The translations under genes and the position numbers were made by a program. Source: Bdellovibrionota bacterium (lineage in GTDB: Bacteria > Bdellovibrionota_B > Oligoflexia > Oligoflexales > JAWKNZ01). From it: a stretch of 64,000 nt of DNA. Within the stretch, counting starts at the first letter, position 1; each line of letters starts with the position of its first letter. The notes below the pieces were generated by a model. That model had not been told where the DNA came from and made no database searches. It saw only the letters and a program-made list of their open reading frames with translations. The DNA lies in contig JAWKNZ010000002.1 in assembly GCA_041391425.1 (NCBI GenBank), positions 3,921 to 67,920 on the forward strand. The letters are read 5' to 3'. Below, in pieces: positions 58,977-64,000 of this stretch.

Positions 58977-60245
58977 TTAAAATCTCTCTAAAATTTTCAA
59001 TTTCGCAGCATCGGCCAGCTGGTATATGCCAACAACGATTATTTCAGAACCATCTTTTAAGACTTTGGCTGGTTTTGGTTGATCCCTTGTCAGTGCGTAC
59101 TCTCCACTTGCAAGCTGTTGTATATTGACAGGAATTTTTCTAGCGCGTGGCACTTTCTTGATTAATTCAACTAATTCTGTATTTTTAGAAGATGGCTCAG
59201 GTTTTTTTTCGTCTTTATTATCTTTAGCTAAGGCGGTATTAGAGTTCTTTTGGTCTTCTCCTTCTTTTGTTGTGCTATTCTGAGTCAGTTTTGCGAGTTC
59301 TGTGTCAATTTCATTTTTAGTAGCATTATCTGGAATAAAAACATAAGGCGTATTTCCTTCAAATACGACTGAATTTTCTGGCAGTACTAATTTTTCCTGA
59401 GAATCGCCAAGAGGAACTTTGATCGTTATTCTCTCCCCAGCAAGAAATTTATGATTATTATTAGCAACCTCGAAATAGATCAAAATTGTACCTGTATTGA
59501 TGTCAGCTACAGGTGAAATCCTAGTTACTGTTGCATTCTTTCCAATTCCTCGCCCAAAGAGATCAACTTGCATATGCATTTGAATATCTTGTTTATATGC
59601 TAATGGCAGGGCAAATGTGCCTTTTAACGTAGTATCTTTAACAACTCTAATTGGGGCCCTTTTATTATAACTGCTTCTACTAGCTCCTATCTGTAAATCA
59701 TTGTATGCAATGATACCGTCAAAAGGAGCTTTAACAGACATTTGTCTAAGGCTTTCTTCGGCCTCTTTTAGTGCAATCTGACTTTGTTCTAATTTAATTC
59801 TCGATTCTTCAAAAGCATCAAATGCAATATGATTATTGCTATATAATTTTTTGCTGGCATTGTGCAAACGTTGTGCTTCAGTGAAATTAATCTTTGCTTT
59901 TTTATAATCAAAGGTAAGCTTGGCAGATTCAAGTTTTGCTATCACATCGCCTTTTTTGATCAAGTCGCCCGTTTGAAAAAAGACCTCTTTTACCGTATCA
60001 CCTAGACTTAGTAGTATTTCTATGTCTTGCTGTGCTTCTAAAATCGCAGTGGACTGATAGTTATTTTGTATCGCACGTTTAGCAATTGTTTTAGTTTGAA
60101 CAGGTATCCTCTGTTTCTCTATTTGTACTTCATAGTTTGGGCCACTGTTTTTTTCATTTGATTGAGATTCTTGGTTACCGCCTTTTTTATTTTGACATGC
60201 CAAAATAGCGACAAATAGTGTAGTTACAAAAAAGATTCTTTTCAT
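58977..60245 (-). CDS. RND periplasmic adaptor (membrane fusion protein, HlyD family) lipoprotein
   Basis: Lipobox VAILACQ. Coiled-coil hairpin and beta-barrel regions typical of MFPs. 3 nt upstream of the RND gene. Confidence 0.88.
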   Translation of the reverse strand: MKRIFFVTTLFVAILACQNKKGGNQESQSNEKNSGPNYEVQIEKQRIPVQTKTIAKRAIQNNYQSTAILEAQQDIEILLSLGDTVKEVFFQTGDLIKKGDVIAKLESAKLTFDYKKAKINFTEAQRLHNASKKLYSNNHIAFDAFEESRIKLEQSQIALKEAEESLRQMSVKAPFDGIIAYNDLQIGASRSSYNKRAPIRVVKDTTLKGTFALPLAYKQDIQMHMQVDLFGRGIGKNATVTRISPVADINTGTILIYFEVANNNHKFLAGERITIKVPLGDSQEKLVLPENSVVFEGNTPYVFIPDNATKNEIDTELAKLTQNSTTKEGEDQKNSNTALAKDNKDEKKPEPSSKNTELVELIKKVPRARKIPVNIQQLASGEYALTRDQPKPAKVLKDGSEIIVVGIYQLADAAKLKILERF

Positions 60246-60255
60246 TCTCTTTATC

Positions 60256-61599
60256 CTAATTTTTAACGAAATAAAAAGTTAGTTTACCATATAGGTGAAA
60301 GAAGTTTGCTAACATTTTATAAAGAACAAACCGCTCTTTTTTAAGAGAGATTTCAGCATTCGTATAATCTTCCTCAGCAGTAAGTAGGTCAGTTGTCGAT
60401 TTTTTCCCTAATTCATACTGTGCTTTGATTGATGCAAATTTCAATGATGCTGATTTTAATAGATCTTGACTGGCTGTTATTAATTTTCCTTGAGCTATTA
60501 GCATTTCTTTAGCATCTGCGAGCTTATTCCATTCTTGTTCTAGTTTGTTTTTATAGCCATATTCAGCAGCAAACTGCTTCTGTATATCACTTTGGCGTTC
60601 GAAATAATCTTTACCTCCAGAAAAAATATTCCATGTCATGACTAGTGATGCGCTCAATAGATTATCTGGTTCGGAAGTGGATAAGTAAGAATTGGAGTAG
60701 TTCTTCATGTAGTTGAGCTTGATATTAAGATCAGGAGCAAACTTCCAGAGAGATTCTTTTCGCAAGCTTTGATCGGCTGTTATTGAATGATTTAATGCTG
60801 TTATGTCGGATCGATTGGAAAGGGCTTCATCTATTGCCGCCTTGTCTATCTTAATAACAGTATTTTGCCAGTTATCTGCATAAACTGGCACATCTTTTTC
60901 ATTGGTCAATATGTCAGGAATTCTACGGTTATCGCTATATAGTAATATTCCTAATTTTCTCAGACTAGATTTTATTGTCGATTCTGCATTTAATATTTCG
61001 ATATTTATTTTTGCCAAAGCATGCTCAATTTGACCAAGATCAGATGGTGACCTTCTGCCAATGGATACTTCGGTCTTAATTAAGTCATAGTTTTGTTCGC
61101 TTCGTGTCTTTTTTGCTGTTAATTCGATCAATGAGGCTTGAGCTTCTTGAAATGTATAATATATATCTATGACCTGGTTAATAGTTTCCGATAGCATATA
61201 GTCATATTCGTCTTTTTCCTTTTGCCAGATTAACGATGAACGGTTGTATGCTCGATATACTTTCCCCTGTAAATCTATGGTTTCAGAAAGCGTTAGATTT
61301 AAGCTGTTTTCTGTTGATGAATACACGTTTTGTGGTTCGTCTTTTAATAATGAAGTATTTTTAGTTCTCTCAAAACTGCTATCGACTCTGGGTAAGTAGC
61401 TCGATAGTACTGAAGATTTTTGCAGCCTTGCATTTTCGACTACGGCTTTTTTTTGTTTAAGCTCTAAACTATTTTCAATGGCAGATCTGATACATTCGCT
61501 TAAAGATAGGCCCGCGTTTTCCTCTGCATTAACTTTTGATGGCAGCAGCTGCAGGCCAAGGAAGGTGGATAAAACAACAATAGATTTTAATGATTTCAT
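60256..61599 (-). CDS. TolC-family outer-membrane efflux protein
   Basis: Signal peptide, then two OEP repeats (LSLSECIRSAIENSLELKQ...; ...DLLTAEEDYTNAEISL). First gene of the efflux operon. Confidence 0.85.
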   Translation of the reverse strand: MKSLKSIVVLSTFLGLQLLPSKVNAEENAGLSLSECIRSAIENSLELKQKKAVVENARLQKSSVLSSYLPRVDSSFERTKNTSLLKDEPQNVYSSTENSLNLTLSETIDLQGKVYRAYNRSSLIWQKEKDEYDYMLSETINQVIDIYYTFQEAQASLIELTAKKTRSEQNYDLIKTEVSIGRRSPSDLGQIEHALAKINIEILNAESTIKSSLRKLGILLYSDNRRIPDILTNEKDVPVYADNWQNTVIKIDKAAIDEALSNRSDITALNHSITADQSLRKESLWKFAPDLNIKLNYMKNYSNSYLSTSEPDNLLSASLVMTWNIFSGGKDYFERQSDIQKQFAAEYGYKNKLEQEWNKLADAKEMLIAQGKLITASQDLLKSASLKFASIKAQYELGKKSTTDLLTAEEDYTNAEISLKKERFVLYKMLANFFHLYGKLTFYFVKN

Positions 61600-61851
61600 A
61601 TTAAGTCACTTCAAATAACGTTATAATATTAATATACATTAAAATATTATCAAATCAATAAAAAATTTTATGCTAAAAACTTTATAAAATATTAATAGTT
61701 TGTATAATTATACTTTTATAAAATGTTGCCTTTTTTAAATATTACTTAGTACGATGAATATTGGCTTTGCTAGCTCCCTGCAGGATTTTAACAAATGATA
61801 TTGAGAATTTAATGAGTAGCAGGGTATACTCCAATAAAAAAAGGGGCAACC

Positions 61852-62967
61852 ATGACGGACTCTTCTCTTGATCTTTGCTTGAGTCAGCTGTCAGATGCCA
61901 GATTTGGAGAAAAAAAAAGCAAAATTGGGCAATATTGCCAAGGAAGTTTGTTGGCTATCCGCATTTTTGCTTTTTTGCCTTTTTCTATCTTTTGTATTTC
62001 ATTCTGGCCTTTTTCAGCAGTGGCAGAAGAAGCTAATAAACAGATTTACATAGGCTCTTGTGTATTGGAGGTCGATCCTTCAGACCTTGCTTTTGAACAG
62101 TCGCCATACTTCTGCATCCAAGGAAGTTTAGGTTTGTCTGCCCTTTCAAGTTCACATTATCCCGAAAGTGCTACTAGTCGTTATATGCGTTTATATTTAG
62201 GAACGCATCCATATAGTCTTTTGTCCTTGCATTATAAAGGAGCTATATTTCATAAAAAATTTTTACAAAGTGCGCTTGATGCTAACCAGATGAATCAGAC
62301 AGAGTTGGGTATTGTTAAACTTGGTAATAGTGCAACTAATAATTTACGAGCTAGCATAGGCTGGCAGACATTACCAGTTGCAATAAATCACGATCCTTTT
62401 AAGCCATTGTTTTATCCAGAGAGTAGTTATGAAATTTGGGACACTCTAAAACAATCAATTGTTTTGACTTGGGATAATATGTTCGATTTTCAAGTTAATT
62501 TAGGAGTTGCAAGAGAAAACGTTTCCTTGAGAGCTTCCTCATACAACAATGCTATTGCGATACAAGCCTTCTCAGATGTCTCATCGTTAGATGGAACAAG
62601 GTTTTCTGTTTCATTTTATTCTGAAGAAAATGGAATTAGAAGAGCGAGTGTTGGGGTGTTAAATATTTCTCGTAAAGATGAAATTTTTTCACTCGAATGG
62701 GTTAGGCAAAGATTAGATCCGACAGGGAAACTTTTTCCATTTCAGCAAGTGATTAGATTTACTTATGAAGGTAATGTTAGGCGAAGCTCTAAATGGTCAT
62801 TTCTATATGACCATGTGCGTAAAATGTATCGTGAATCTAAAGTTGGTTATGAATACTTTCTATATAAAAATTTTTCTATATCCAATGTGTTGTCTTATAG
62901 AGCTAGTGACAATGACAGTATTATAAGCTCGTGGAAATACTTAGTGAATGCTTCCGTAAAACTATGA
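61852..62967 (+). CDS. Secreted or outer-membrane hypothetical protein
   Basis: Hydrophobic leader ...LLAIRIFAFLPFSIFCISFWPFSAVA-EE (the true start is probably internal). An alternating-residue pattern suggests beta-rich structure. Divergent from the efflux operon. Confidence 0.5.
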   Translation: MTDSSLDLCLSQLSDARFGEKKSKIGQYCQGSLLAIRIFAFLPFSIFCISFWPFSAVAEEANKQIYIGSCVLEVDPSDLAFEQSPYFCIQGSLGLSALSSSHYPESATSRYMRLYLGTHPYSLLSLHYKGAIFHKKFLQSALDANQMNQTELGIVKLGNSATNNLRASIGWQTLPVAINHDPFKPLFYPESSYEIWDTLKQSIVLTWDNMFDFQVNLGVARENVSLRASSYNNAIAIQAFSDVSSLDGTRFSVSFYSEENGIRRASVGVLNISRKDEIFSLEWVRQRLDPTGKLFPFQQVIRFTYEGNVRRSSKWSFLYDHVRKMYRESKVGYEYFLYKNFSISNVLSYRASDNDSIISSWKYLVNASVKL

Positions 62968-62986
62968 GCAATAATGGGGTTCTACG

Positions 62987-64000
62987 TTGAATTTGAAATG
63001 GTTATTATTTTTAATAATATGGATCCCTTCTTTGGTTTTGGCAACGTCTGAATCAGATGAAGATACCAAAATTACTGTGATTTATGAGGACTCCAACACT
63101 TCAAAAAATGCCGATGATGCTTTCTTGCCAAAGATTGAAGAAATTTTTCAAAGCTCACTGTTGACTAATGGTTTGAATTCAGGTGCTGATGTCATCAATC
63201 GTTCTGTAGAGTCTTTGATGGAAGTTGTATTCTATAACTTAATGGATAACGAAGCTATATATAAGTTGACTGAAGATTCATGGCTGACTCTTAGAGGTGA
63301 GAGAAAGGTATACTCAACGGCAGTTGGTGGCTATGTTGTGGTCGATCAAATTAATTTTGGTCCCAATTATTATAAAGAATTATGGAAAATTCATGAAATA
63401 CCAATAAATTTAGGCATTGATGGATCTGTACAGCTTTTAGAAATATATCCACGTTCGGATGCCGGACGTATTTGGCAGTCGGAGGAGTTGCCTCCTTGGA
63501 GAAAATGGCTGAATAATTGGTTTGGTCTTTTACCGTTGTTGACTCGGATATTGCCACCATCATTTAACTCTAATGAGCTATATGATCCGGCCAGACAAGT
63601 GGAAGCATCGTATTCATTCCCACTATCTGTGGATTCTTTTTATAGCATGCCAATCGGATCGATTCGAAGCTATGGCTTGACCGGAGGAGTAAAGATTCCG
63701 TTAAATTTAACCGGATTTATTGATGCAAAAACCCAAAGTTTTTTATCAAATTTAACAAATGTTGCAGCCGGAGTGCCGTACACAATATTTACTAATGGAA
63801 TTTATCGTATTAATGTTCTTAGAAAGTCAAAGGATTTGGTTTGGGTAGGCTTAAGTACAATAAAGCAAACAGGTCATTCTTTGGCGGGGATTGTTGGGAA
63901 TACTCTATATGTTTTAGGAAATGCAATTCCTTCAATACCATGGGCAGGTCTACCTGTTCCCTTGTTTCCAATTGATATCGGTCTGACGAATGCCTTGCGA
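62987..64000 (+). CDS. Secreted hypothetical protein, 3'-partial at window edge (absent from the ORF track)
   Basis: TTG 62987 opens a frame with no stop through nt 64000 (338 codons). Signal peptide MNLKWLLFLIIWIPSLVLATS. The track ORF 63351..63563 (minus) lies inside it and is judged spurious. Confidence 0.6.
   Translation, partial: MNLKWLLFLIIWIPSLVLATSESDEDTKITVIYEDSNTSKNADDAFLPKIEEIFQSSLLTNGLNSGADVINRSVESLMEVVFYNLMDNEAIYKLTEDSWLTLRGERKVYSTAVGGYVVVDQINFGPNYYKELWKIHEIPINLGIDGSVQLLEIYPRSDAGRIWQSEELPPWRKWLNNWFGLLPLLTRILPPSFNSNELYDPARQVEASYSFPLSVDSFYSMPIGSIRSYGLTGGVKIPLNLTGFIDAKTQSFLSNLTNVAAGVPYTIFTNGIYRINVLRKSKDLVWVGLSTIKQTGHSLAGIVGNTLYVLGNAIPSIPWAGLPVPLFPIDIGLTNALR

Noticed and set aside
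1-64000. CRISPR arrays, rRNA operons and tRNA genes
   Set aside because: Reading the intergenic regions, I saw no regularly spaced direct repeats of 25-40 nt and no rRNA- or tRNA-like sequence. The only tRNA-like structure is the tmRNA. A tRNAscan, Rfam or CRISPR-finder run would be needed to be certain.

Overview
AT-rich chromosome segment of Gram-negative type: it has lipoprotein boxes, a TolC/MFP/RND efflux operon, an MCP and a tmRNA. I cannot place the lineage from sequence alone; Bdellovibrionota/Oligoflexia-like is only a guess. I read four blocks. (1) nt 1-9,900 is a by-eye GC-richer mosaic. It holds a 3-gene operon led by a NERD/PD-(D/E)xK + SEC-C protein whose 5' end lies outside the window, a NUDIX gene, a TetR-VOC operon, two toxin-antitoxin-like pairs, a ~1.06 kb rve-type IS with a frameshifted transposase, and an IS200-like stub. 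(2) nt 10,000-41,100 is an AT-rich accessory region. It carries small enzymes and regulators (LysR x4 with one frameshifted, VOC/PhnB, GNAT, SnoaL, SDR), a SulP + beta-carbonic-anhydrase pair, an MCP, a paralogous lipoprotein pair, several small secreted proteins, two long nested-palindrome elements and a group II intron 3' stub. With the block 1 IS genes and the block 3 recombinase it contributes to at least a dozen truncated, nonsense or frameshifted genes across the accessory part of the window. It ends in a 5'-truncated PLA2-like gene with a triple beta-prism-type repeat. (3) nt 41,150-45,850 is a GC-richer element with two large serine recombinases. One is truncated at an IS end. The other is intact and its ORF runs antisense into ssrA. 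(4) tmRNA (45,854-46,210, minus strand) is followed by a core-like block: alpha/beta-hydrolase fold protein, DUF4175-like membrane protein, membrane Fe-S oxidoreductase, the TolC-MFP-RND-RND operon and two secreted unknowns. I saw no CRISPR array, rRNA or tRNA. The best candidates for something undescribed are the nuclease/SEC-C three-gene operon, the PLA2 + beta-prism toxin-like gene, the ssrA-adjacent serine-recombinase element and the lipoprotein pair. Every call rests on manual motif reading and hand-counted coordinates. No searches or computations were run.
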